Assembly (NCBI GenBank): GCA_010909165.1
Contig: MU008184.1
Coordinates: 124,001-188,000 of the forward strand
Length of the DNA: 64,000 nt
Direction: 5' to 3'
DNA from: Anthoceros angustus
Taxonomy: Eukaryota; Plantae; Anthocerotophyta
Below the pieces are notes generated by a model. That model saw only the letters and a list, made by a program, of their open reading frames with translations. It made no database searches and was not told where the DNA came from. Made by a program: the position numbers and the translations under genes. Numbering within the stretch: position 1 is the first letter of the stretch; every line of letters begins with the position of its first letter. Shown piece by piece: positions 12,497-23,800 of the stretch.

Positions 12497-14017
12497 GGGA
12501 GGAGGGAGGAGGGAGATGCGAGGCGCCAATTCTCACACGACTTGGCGCGGTCGGATCCTCGAGACAACGTATTCTTCCTCAGCTGCGGCTGCGCGGACGG
12601 GATTGGATGTGAAGGCTGACGTCTGAACTGCCTGCGCTGGCCTTGGCGTCGGATTCGGTCGCGGATTCGATGTCACATTGTGCGCTCTTACATCAGGCGA
12701 ACAATGCGTGGACCAAATGTGTCCTGTTGCTACGATCCTGCTCCAGGCCTACTGTGAGCCTCAAGGACTATCCGTGAAGCGGGTGCTATGTTGTGCCATT
12801 CGCCCCGCGAGGTACACTTCTTCCTAGTGTTTCATTCCAGAGCAATAATGTGAGAGTAGAAACCTGAACTTTGCTTGCAAGACTGTCATACATAAACGAC
12901 AGCATTTTATCGAAGCTTTGTAGAAGTGAGTATGTAGGTAGCATGGCTTGAAGCTTTGTGGAAAGTGAGGAGGTAGCATGGCAGGAGGCACCCTTCACCA
13001 TTTCACTTCGCTTCACATTGTAAGAAAGAGAGCAAGCAAAGGCTACTGTAATTGAATAAACTGCGTGTTCTTCTCCCAGTCTGTCATCGTCTTCCTACAT
13101 TGTGTGTGCGCATTCTCCGAGCTTTCTAACTCTCCTGTTCGTCCACGAAGTCAGGTTTGTCTGCACTCAACACTTTCCCTGCCTCCTTGGGATGCCGTCC
13201 CTCCCTCATGCCCCACGGAAAGGACTGAACCCGTAATTGCACTAATCGCATCGTCCAGTACATCCGCCCACATGCTGAGCTTGTTGAGTGCGTAAAGGAG
13301 AGCGGAAAGCTATAGACGTGCAGCCCACGCCGGCGCTGGCTGATACCCACTGCTTTACGAGCAGGTAGGTCTCAAGTCCCTTTCAGCCAGCAACGTTTTG
13401 CACATGTTACTACAGCCGGCTGCCAAAGTGAGGCAAGAATCTCGTGATTACCTGTACATCCATTAATAGGTACATGTTTAATGTTTCTGTTTGAGTCCCC
13501 CTGGGCCCTGCCTAGCCTACCTAAATCATCCAACTAACGAGCTATCGCAAATTCGCAATTCCTATGATATGTTAACAGTTAACAAGATGGCGTCGTGTAC
13601 GGACCGTAGTACTTCGTGTATGGGAGCGGGAAAACATGTGGATACTGTATTTTAATATTTAAAGGAACACAGAAAAACAAAAGCAGGAGGCAAGAAGATA
13701 AAGCAGGAAAGGACTGTGTGCCATGTGCTTCCTCTGGTTGGCTTGGCGGCTAGCGACAACCTCGTGCCAATTTCCGTTCTTCGACCGGTCAATCGCGTCA
13801 ACTACGACCGTGAAAGGAAGGGGCGTATAAAGCACGGCTTCCTTCAATGCCGGATTCATCCAGCAAGCTTCTGGAAAGCTCCCATTCTCGCGATCCCGAC
13901 TCTTGTCTCGCTTGTTGCTCTCGTGCTGCGTTCTCCCCTTCGTTTTTCCGGCATCGGGGACGTCTCGGCGCGTCTTGAAGTCTCTCTTCCATCTTCCTCC
14001 GAGCTCCACAATCCGCC

Positions 14018-14212
14018 ATGGCGCAGCTGCAGCAGGTCCAGCAGCGGGGCACTCCGGCCAAACAGCTGACGAGGCAGCACCGTCGGCGGCCCAGGCGAGG
14101 GGCCGTGAAGAAGGCCATCGCGTCGCGGCTGGTGCACTCCGTCTCCTCCCTCCTCAGCGGCCTGTCGCAGCGGAGCCAGCGATACGGGAGCACCGCCAGC
14201 CTCACCAGCTGA
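14018..14212 (+). CDS. 64-aa basic micro-protein (RRGAVKxAIAxxLxHSVSSL motif), paralog 2
   Basis: gccATGg context, TATAAA near 13826, GC3-rich codons, same core motif as the ORF at 12269. Confidence 0.7.
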   Translation: MAQLQQVQQRGTPAKQLTRQHRRRPRRGAVKKAIASRLVHSVSSLLSGLSQRSQRYGSTASLTS

Positions 14213-14959
14213 GAGACACGCATCACAGCCGTGCATTGCCAAGGTTTCTGTGACCGCGAAAACTCATACGCTACCGGAGGAAGGGTGAATGCCGCCTGGA
14301 ACAGCCGCTGCGGATGCCTTCCGCCTCGTCTCACTCGGCCTCCACGACTCACCTCTTGCGAGAGCCACATGGCTTTTCCAGTGTGAATGGATGGCCTTTA
14401 GCACCTTAGCAATCGGTGCCAAGTTTCATGCCAAGGGCTTTGGATTTGCGACTCCTTGGGAACTCAACCACTCGCTTTGCAGACAAGGAGAAACGTCCAT
14501 GTCTGCATCTCCCAGTCACATTGTGCGGTGTTTGAGAATTGTGTAAATTTGTCCTCGCACTCAAGTTGCGCAATAGGGCCTTTCGGATGTGTTGAGTTGC
14601 AACTAGGAATTCCTCTGTGTTTGGAGAAGAATCCTCAAATGAAAAGAGTTGTTCCGCTTCGTTCAGAGTCAGTCCTCTGAAGACTGCCGCATTCGCAATG
14701 AGATCTCTGAGAGAAACCACCCTTAACCTCCGCTGCCGGGGGGAAATACACCGGGCTGGCTAGCCTGAGTGATTTCCAACACCGGCCTCAGCTTTAGGCC
14801 GAGGGCCTTCTAACACCGGCATTTCTTGGCACGGCCCTGCTGCTGTTGCTCGATGATGCTACCTGCTTCCTACATCTAACCGTTCTGGGAAGGAGCACCT
14901 TGAAGCGCACTGCATCCAAAACCCCAACAACAGCAGCAGTCCTGACCCAACAACAACAC

Positions 14960-15050
14960 TTCTGAAGACATACACGACAACGGTCTAGTACCTACAATCA
15001 GCTATCAAGCAAGTCCAGAAAATAAGCCTTAGGTTCGTTATCATCCGCAT
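14960..15050 (-). pseudogene. Decayed second U14 snoRNA copy
   Basis: ggatgataacgaacctaaggcttatttt...gcttgatagctgat parallels the adjacent U14 (ggatgataaacctaaggcttgtttct...gcttgagaactgat) but lacks both 18S-pairing domains. Confidence 0.5.
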
Positions 15051-15069
15051 AATTCTATTGTGCTCTTCT

Positions 15070-15188
15070 GCTCTCAGATATCCAAGGAAGTTCTACCGCA
15101 TCAGTTCTCAAGCCTGGCGGGGCGAAAACTCTCAGGCGGCCACTGCGAATGTTTTGAGAAACAAGCCTTAGGTTTATCATCCTCGACA
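15070..15188 (-). ncRNA. U14: U14 box C/D snoRNA
   Basis: Domain A CATTCGCAG (pairs 18S CUGCGAAUG), plant-type aaggcttgtttctcaaaa...gtggccgcct, and domain B TTCCTTGGAT followed by D box CTGA. C-like box AGGATGA. Confidence 0.92.
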
Positions 15189-15257
15189 TCGTCTGACGTG
15201 CACACTGCTCACACTCGCAGACCAAAGGACCAGCTTACTTGACCTAGAACAAGCATT

Positions 15258-15342
15258 CGAATCACACAGTACGAGTATGCCTCGTCCACAGCAGCTGTGT
15301 GAACAGCTTTCGGTCTGGGGCGACAGTACGTCATCACGTTCT
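15258..15342 (-). ncRNA. Box C/D snoRNA guiding LSU P-loop Gm (E. coli Gm2251 equivalent; U31/snR67/snoR35-like)
   Basis: C box GTGATGA. Guide TGTCGCCCCAG pairs with 25S CUGGGGCGGCA (one G-U pair), followed by D' box CCGA. The +5 rule lands on the second G of CUGGGG. Terminal D box is degenerate (GTGA). Confidence 0.75.
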
Positions 15343-15395
15343 TTGCCTCGACACCGAGCCCAACAGGCACAACTACAGAGGCCTGAACTTAAAAG

Positions 15396-15508
15396 GCCTC
15401 AGAAGAGGTATGCGCCATAGAATGCAGTGGTGAGTCGAGTAGGTTCACCTTGCAAAGCAAGATCTCGACAGCACCGCAACTTACGCTCGACCAATTATCA
15501 TCAATGGC
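15396..15508 (-). ncRNA. Box C/D snoRNA candidate, target unresolved
   Basis: GCC-at-TGATGA ... CTGA-GGC terminal stem with both boxes, inside the snoRNA cluster. Confidence 0.6.
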
Positions 15509-15898
15509 AACAGAGCTCATACACCACACCGGACATCGACAATGATACACGCAGACGTCAGCAGCCAACAGGGGCACACGGCCACTACCAACCTAATCTG
15601 AATCAACCTCTCGACACAACCCTTCCACGAGCGCTCGAAAATCCAGACTAATTGCCTGCTGACATCAGCTCCCGCCCCAACTCTCGCGGGCTGGAGCTAG
15701 GGTTAACACAAGGCAATAGCAAATCTTTGATCTGCGATGATGCTCACAGCGACATCATCCTGCCGAGACACTGCAGAGAACAGAACACAATCCATGTCGT
15801 TTCCTACCGCACGAGCCGTGAAGAGCAACCCGGCAGGAATCACAAAACAGCCTCTCAACCACATCTCCGCAACTAATCGACTCTCCACGGTTCTCCTC

Positions 15899-15930
15899 TT
15901 TATATACGAAAAACCGAATTAGGGTTAGGG
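15899..15930 (-). promoter_or_regulatory. Telo-box-like CCCTAACCCTAA plus TATATAAA; probable promoter of the snoRNA polycistron
   Basis: Motifs seen directly, upstream of the snoRNAs on the same strand. Telo-box plus TATA is typical of plant snoRNA and ribosome-biogenesis genes. Confidence 0.65.
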
Positions 15931-16347
15931 CTCGCCAGGAAATTCCTGACGACGACCCTATTCCTGCCTGCTCTGGTGGGAGCTTGGGGTGCCCACCATT
16001 CAAATTTGGCGAAACGCAACATGAAGTCCAAATGGTGCTAAGATGGCGCACTCGTACATCATATGGTGCGGAGAAACAGCCGTCGTTTTTGGAATTCGTC
16101 CCTCTGAATCTTGTTGACATCTTTGGGTCTCATTGGCAAGCGTTTCAACGAGTATTCAGGTCCTGCGACATCGCAATTTACAGCCATCTTCAAGTATCCC
16201 GGTCAACTACAATCCTGCCTTCCATACTAGACCAATCAACCCTCGAAGCTCCACCAACTTCGTGCGGATTCTACTTCTCAGCATGACAATCCATGCGGAC
16301 AGTGGCTGTTCAATAAACACTGCGTACAACTGGCAGTTCTTTCAGAG

Positions 16348-17827
16348 TCACTGACTCGTTGCTGTATCTTCAGGAGTGCTCCATCTTATGCGTTCCTCGT
16401 AGAAATCGATAAGCTGGCAAGAAACAAATCCACTCTGAGTATCGGCATACAGGCCTACAATCGAAACATTTGCATGGGACAACTCCCGGGAAAACAACCG
16501 CAAAATGAACAGCACTCCGACATGCAGAGCCGACGATCGTCACATTCCAGCAAACCGCCTTCGACAGTCATGCAATAAGGGAACCATCACCCCGAAACAT
16601 TGCCCAGAAACGTGCTGGCACTCTCTCGGTTATCCTGACGAGTTTAAGAAATGATCAATGGATGCCGCTGGTATGTACCATCGTGCCGATGAAACTAGGA
16701 ACCACATGACATGAACCGATCAGCAAAATGCGTACCGGCAGTGGTCAATGGGACAGTCTGTCCAGAAACCCGCAGCTACTCTTCTACTGTGGACTGGTGC
16801 AATGCAAACTTGGGTCACAGTTCTACATTGCTGATCGGTAATATCTGTGCCCATGGTCCAACGATGGATGCACACACATGCCAACATTAGTAGAGAGAGA
16901 AGCAGGGTACCAACAAAACCCCATTGCACATTTGACAATTCCTCACCGCAACAAAAAGATGTCCTGCATAAACCATTTTGGAACAAATCTTAACATCTGT
17001 GCACGTCCATCCAGAACCCTTTGCTGGCAGTTACGATTGAACAGACATGCCGAGTGTCGATGCAGTGAGTTGTGTTGCAGGGTTTTAACGGAAATTGATA
17101 CGTACCAGAACCGGATGCCTGTCACGCAGCTCCTTGTTGTTCACATGAACTTCCTGACCATCCGCTCTGTGGACAAACAACATAACACCGTTTCTCATAG
17201 GAGTACACGACATGGAGAATGATCTCGAGAGCAAACAAGTTCTCAATTCTGTCAGACAGCAGCTGCTGGTGCCGCCGATGAGATTGCCAACTACCTCAGA
17301 GCCCTGAAAGTAACGTCGACGCCCTCTTGTCTGCCATTGACGATCTCCTGATTGTAACTGGTGAGTCCGATGATTTCCACTATGTGGTGAGGCCTGGTTA
17401 CCGTATCACCCCCAGATGCTCGTGCTGGTGCTAGCTCTGGTGAATCCATATGACCGTCATTGTGGCGCGCAGTCTCACCAACCACATACTCCTCGCCAGC
17501 ACGAATCCCGGCTGATCCCTTTGATGCGCAGGCACAAGTTCCTGCCATCTGTAAGTCTGCCCCATCTACAAGGTCCGAAACGACATACTGAGAGCCAGGC
17601 TCTTCAGGCAAAGGCGAGTTGTTGTCTTCCACATCATCTGAACTTGATCTACCTTCATCTGAGTTAACGGACCTAGTAGGGACACGACCATTGCTAGCTT
17701 GCCCATCTTTACGAACAACGTCCACATTGCCATCTTCATCGTGAATATCAAAAGGCTGATCCGGCATGCTCCACGAGCTACAAGGCCTTTCGGCCCTGCC
17801 CACAGCAGCAGAGGTTGGATGGAGCAT
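16348..17827 (-). CDS. LHP1/HP1-derived protein with chromo-shadow domain only (~219 aa; exons 17827-17295, 17166-17106, 16413-16348)
   Basis: Spliced C-terminus IVEIIGLTSYNQEIVNGRQEGVDVTFRALR|ADGQEVHVNNKELRDRHPVL|LIDFYEERIRWS aligns with the recalled LHP1 shadow domain (..[40 protein letters not shown]). GT-AG introns keep the frame open. Confidence 0.8.
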
Positions 17828-18222
17828 AGAGCTGATTAGCCGGTTACCAGGACTCTGGCAACCCGTGACGGGTTACCTACTTAGCAACTAGTTACCGGCG
17901 TCTACGTTCCGTCTCTTCCAGCATGTGATCAATTGGAGAGGTTACCGGCGGCCGCAGACGACGCTAGGCCCTAGCCCGGCTTGGAGCACACTCTGTTAAT
18001 AACGGCAATTCGTGACCCCGGAATGAAACCGAGACAGATTTACCCATAACCCTAGGATGAAGACCAAGGTTCCGAATTCACCGTGCGTTGAAGTGTTCTG
18101 TTTGTATTCACCTGGTATATTACATGGTACATTATATATGGAGTTATATAATGTATCATATAATATACTATAGTATGGATGGAGCATAGAGCTGATTAGC
18201 CGGTTACAAGGACTTTGGCAAC
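17816..18222. repeat. 47-bp direct repeat pair (17816-17862 and 18176-18222) containing the ATG of the shadow-domain gene
   Basis: tggatggagcatagagctgattagccggttac(c/a)aggact(c/t)tggcaac, two mismatches, 360 bp apart. Confidence 0.9.
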
Positions 18223-18229
18223 TTTCCAA

Positions 18230-19390
18230 GGGCTATTAGGGTAGTATTGATGACGAATATGAGAACAAGAGTGTGAGCGACCTTCTGGACATGAACATGA
18301 CAGTTAAGGACCTTTTAAAAGTCAACCATATAATGGACATGGACAACTTATTGGAGAAAAACATCAACAACGTAGCAGAGGGAAACATCAACAACATGAT
18401 AGAGTGGAACAACTTAATATAGAGGGAGAGTCTTTGTAAAAAGGATTGAAAGGCTTGGATTTGAAATTTCATTCAAGGATCATGTGGAAAGAGTTCAAAC
18501 TCAAAGTCTTAAAAGACTTGCAGTTCAATTGGAAAGGGTGCGGTATCAAACTCGAGGTAGGCCACCTCCAGATGAACATCAACAATATCATAGAGAGAGA
18601 AAACATACTTAAGAGGGACATCAACAACATAATAGCTATAGGTAACATAACAGAGGCCACATAATGAATTGAGGGAGACTTGTTGGAAATATTGGAAATA
18701 TTATAGAGAAAGATAACATAATGAAGAGGGACTTCAACAACATATAAGAGAGGGACAATCTTTGCAAGAAAGAGTTCAAATTTTTGATTTCAAGGTGTAT
18801 TATAGAATCATGTAGAATAGTTATGTATGTTTTATTGAGGAAAAAAACGATGGGTTTCTTTAGGGGACAACGATGGTGGACCCCGGGGGTCAAGGTGAAA
18901 AGGAGTGACTAAGCTCCTTACCTAAAGTTACCTACAGCTCCTAGAATATTATATGCAGGAATAACAAATGGCTCGCAATCTATGGAGGAAGAGGAAGAAG
19001 CGTCACCTGCCGTCACCAGACTCATGTAGAAAGGTTGCGAGCTCAACATCTTGAAAGGCTTGCAACTGAAATGGAGAGTTTGCGGGATCAAACTCTAGAA
19101 TGAGCTCAATGTCTTGGAAGAAGAAGAAGAATTTCATTTAAGTCCACTAAGGACGGATTTCTTTCATGGGACTGAAATATGATAACTGCATAGATTGCGG
19201 TAAACTGGAACTGAAAGGCAATAAACTGGACTGAAAGGCTTGTAACTGGAATGGAGAGGTTGCGATATCAAACTCTAGATTGAGCCCAACATCTTTGGAA
19301 TGGAGAGGCAGCGAGATCAAACTCTAGATTGAGCCCAATGTCTTTGGAATGGAGAGGCAGCGAGATCAAACTCTAGAATGGGCACCACTA
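18230..19390. repeat. Decayed AT-rich repetitive/TE debris including a MITE arm (19117-19174) and tandem ggaatggagag..gatcaaactctaga units
   Basis: Recurrent catcaacaac and gatcaaactctaga motifs. No credible ORF. Confidence 0.55.
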
Positions 19391-20855
19391 GGACTACATG
19401 TTATTTGTTTCCCATATTCTCATGGTACCCTTAAAACTCAAGTTTTTGATCACCCAAATCTAATGGAATTGTGTCATATATCTTCCGAAACTCAAGAAAA
19501 AGGTGATTGTATTAGTGGATTGCCACGATATATACATAGTTTCATGAAAGCTGTATCTTGCAACGACTTCAAAGACAACAGTCTTCTCCAGTTTATAGAA
19601 GATCAATGTTTTTCTCTTTATTAATTTCAAATATAATGTGATATTTTTATAAATAATATCTTAAAATATATTAAAAATAATTATTGAAAAAATTGGTTAA
19701 TGATGTGTTTTTGATGTATTGCCTTAAGTGAGGCATATGAAAACCCTGCAGTTAACCTTAAAGGGCTAACTCACTTTTAAATTATGTTTAATGATGAATG
19801 AATCCAGAATTAACTATGCGCGAGACCACCCTTGAATATGATATGTTCAGACTCCCACGCCCATGTGTATAAAAGTTCTTCCATGTTGGACCAGCGCTAA
19901 ATGACGATGATCCCAAGCCACTCTGATAAAAAAAAAAAGCTCACTCCTCCCGCACAGGCTTCCCAATGGGGTGTCTCACGGCTTCATCGGATTCCAAGGG
20001 AGGATTCCGGAACGATCCAATTGAGCGATGGGTCTTGAGCGATCCAATTCTTTTGCCTCAGACGTGAGGGCGATGCGGATGTCACTTCAGGCTACCTTGT
20101 GTTCGCGCCGAAGACATACCCGAAAGTATGGAATGGACAGTAGTGTAAAGGTTACCTGGAAACAAACCGACCTCACGACAACAGTCCCCGCGATCTGATA
20201 CGGTGCGCAGAACAGCAGGGACTGAACCAAAATATAATATCACCTAGTGATAAAATTACGCCAAGTTTCATTGCCTTACAAAGGTTCTCGTCCGCATTTT
20301 CCCATCTTCCAGTCACCACCTGCTTGTCAGCCAAGCTTGAACACCCATACCATCCTTCCATTCAACTAAACCGACAGGCAGGTACAAAGCTTTGATCTAC
20401 CCTGCGGTTCAAATCCAGGGAAAGAAGTTGCTTCGAGAATTGATCGATCCTGCGGTTCAAATCGGGAAGAACTGGTTCCTACCTTCTGAATACCATTTTT
20501 ACTGGCCAGTTGCGTCACAGAGGCTTCATCTAAAAATTCAGAACGAAAGGTAATGAATGCCTTGCACGTCGAGGGCAGCATGTCAGGGTGGGGCATACTT
20601 TCCGATTCCACAGAAAGGAAGGAATTACTTCACGTGCAAACGAGCATTCCATTCATGAAATCCTGCATCCAAAGTTCAAACAAACAAAGACTTAGAACCA
20701 GCACCCTATGCGATCAACACAGTCCCACAAAGATGGAGAGGGAGTCTAGCTATAAACCTTTCCCCGTACGGTGCCAACGGAGGTACAGGTTTCATATCAC
20801 ATAGCGTGAGCAGTTGGTGATGCAGTTCTTGCAGGCGCGCCCATGTAAAGGTGCA

Positions 20856-23800
20856 CTAGGAGCCATCGTCTTCATCATCATAGTCTCCAAAGGTTCCTGC
20901 ATCCTCCATCTCTGCATCTTCCACCCCTTTGACTAAGCTGTCCAGATCCGACTCCTTCGTATCTTGGATAAGCACAGCTTCAGACTCTAAGCCCTGGGCG
21001 CCTCCCTCTTCCTCCTCTTCCAAGCATTTCATGGCAGCTAGACTTTCCTCGCTGAACAATTGATTGAATGGTTTTTGAACCTATTCCCAGACAAGAATTG
21101 AATGTCAAGCAGCACCTATCCACCATCTCCTGACGCTAGCAAACAAGAGATTGTAGTTGCCTATCCACCATCTCCTGACGCTAGCAAACAAGAAATTGTC
21201 GTTGCATCCAAGTTGAGAAAGGAGACAAACCTCAAAAAATCGTTTGCGCCTCTTTGCACTTTCCACCAGATTATTCCACCGCTTGTCAAATGCCAACGTC
21301 TTAGCACTTCCAACCACCTGAAAACAAGGGCAACTAATCCAAGTTCAACTGGATCCGAGACCTGATACCGACGGAGTCACATGTACAGATCTGAAACCTA
21401 CCAACATAGAAGTTCTAGCACGGGTAAGGCCGACATTCATCCTTCGATAGTCGGCCACAAAACCTATGCTTCCACTGGCATTGGCTCGCACACAAGAGAA
21501 TATAGCCACATCCTTCTCTCGTCCCTAAAATCCCCCACAGACACAACAGTGATGAGCTGCAACGGTGTATGAGCAGACAGGGCTCAGAGACGCCACGATT
21601 TCTGACTAGTGAAAAAACACTTTTACAAGATCAAAAACGTGAAGCACCTGAAAACCATCCACAGTATTTACGTCGATTAGACGGGCGGTTTCCGCCCCAA
21701 CCATCTCCTTGAAGCGTTCCCGGAGAAGCTTCACCTGTTGCTTATATGGAGAAATGACAGCTACACGAGGTCCTCCCTTGAGCTCTGGATACCTTACCAC
21801 AAAGTGCCTGTAGAGGACCAGGATAAACTCAACCTCTTCATGATTGACCCATGATCCACTGCCAGTCGGCTGAGTTTCTTCTCCTGCAATGTCGAAGAAG
21901 GCAAAAGGTCCAAAGCAACGGTGTTCATGCCATGGACGTTTGGTTTGCTGCAGCACAGTCTCTCCATCTTCTAGTTTTTCATCATAGAACTCCCTTGAAG
22001 GGAATTCTCTGATCTGTTCCAACAATATAATCGCCAGCCATGTCACTAACAAACCATCAAGCCTTGTGAACGGTTAGATAGTAGAAGAAATGATAAAAGT
22101 ACCTGAGGATGCATGCGATACTGAGTTTTTAGCATCTGTACAGGGTAGCCTGCCTTTTGTAGCCGCCGAAACAGACTTTTCTCATAGCTGGAACAACGAC
22201 TACGTAATTAGTAATTGGAGAGCGTGTGCTACTTATTCATTGCAGCTAAGAGCCTGGAATAGCTTCTACCCATGTTGGACCGCCAAGGACGATAGAACGG
22301 TGGCCGGCAGCTGAATGGGATCTCCAACCTACAAATTTAACACAAACAATCAAAGACAATTACGATACAAACCTTCGGCACACTGGCAGATGACAGAGCC
22401 ATGAAGGAGCCTTACAAGAAACACCTGCTTGCATCCATGCATGAGAGGTACCAGAGTAGATGGTTCAACCTGTCAAACCAGCAGTTTCAACTTCAAGATC
22501 AGCAATGGGCAGAAAGGAAACGTTGCATAGATACATCAGTGGGAAACTCATGAAGCTCACAGCTTGAGCCGCTTCATCAATCACCACCACATCAAAGCCA
22601 CGTTTCATCCGGCTAAAGATTGCAGCACCACTAAAGCTTAATGTGGAACAGACCTGCTCACATGCAAGGGGTTAGAAAGATTCACCAGGGCAAAACATAA
22701 GCAGCGTAAACTGAGGAGCAACTTGAAGACTAAGGCAAATGCCACACAAGGGAAAAGCAAGAACCACAGACTATTGCAGTCTCCTCAAGAATCAAAGCAC
22801 GCATGCGGTCACGCTCGTCACCCGCACGGACTGCGCTGGCCCCACCAGATCGTTGCATGCTGCTCAAACGCTGAGCCACCTGGGTACAGCATATGCTGCC
22901 ATGGTAAGACAGTGAACTAGAAATCTATGAGCAACTCAGAAAGACCATGAATACCTTGCAAATTCCTCACCAGATTGTCCATTGACACAGCTTGAACAGA
23001 GTGATGTGCATTCAGCCCCACCCGCACGACACTGGGGGTATACAGCATACCACTTTCATCATGCAGACCTACAAAAAAAAGGCTGATGTTCAGGACAGCA
23101 CGCCATGTACACAGCCTTAAGTGAGCAAACATTTTTCTTCATTATTTTCTTGCTTATGGGAATTAGTCTGTGTGAAGCACTGACCTGTATTCACAAGGCG
23201 CAGCACGATTTCATCCAAAGCTGAATTAGATGGTGCACAAACCAATACATGTGCACGGTGCTTTCTCTTTGCTCCCACCAGTTCTGGTTTCTGCCATTTA
23301 GCAGACACTCTAAATGAAAACCTCGAGGTCTAACCCACAAGACTCACCAGCAAAAAACTGCATGATACAACCAATAGAAACAAGTAGAAGGTCCGATCAT
23401 TACAAAAGGGTTTCCGGAGGTTGGGAAGAAACCACCATCACCATCAGAAGGCATGTGTTCATCAGATTCTCTTGGGTTTTTTGCACCACACATCCAGGGC
23501 GAGGCCTTCATCCAATGTTGTACTCTGTACACCGACAATACATCATTCACATCAGTGCAGTTCCCAAGCACAAGAAATTCCAGAATCCTTCCATCCAAAA
23601 CTTGGTTTGAGCAATTCACAATTCAAGGTCGATCCTTCAACTCACCTTTCTTCGAATGGCAATCCCAACCTTTGTAACATGGATGTGTCATTATACCTGC
23701 ACAACCAGCACATGCTTCTGCTTTCAATACACTGAACATAAAACACTTCAACAGACCAAGCCGCCAACAAGTCTCCACGATCAGCATAGCACACAGCAAG

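Noticed and set aside
14406-14720. 104-aa minus-strand ORF
   Set aside because: Non-ATG start and no recognisable domain. It overlaps the tail of the snoRNA cluster.
15919-15930. Telomere or telomerase-RNA template
   Set aside because: Only two TTAGGG units beside a TATA box, better explained as a promoter telo-box.
20173-20361. Possible chromodomain exon (WENADENL) for the LHP1-like gene
   Set aside because: Spacing and the aromatic cage (YLIKWxG) do not fit. It lies in the MAA3 3' flank.
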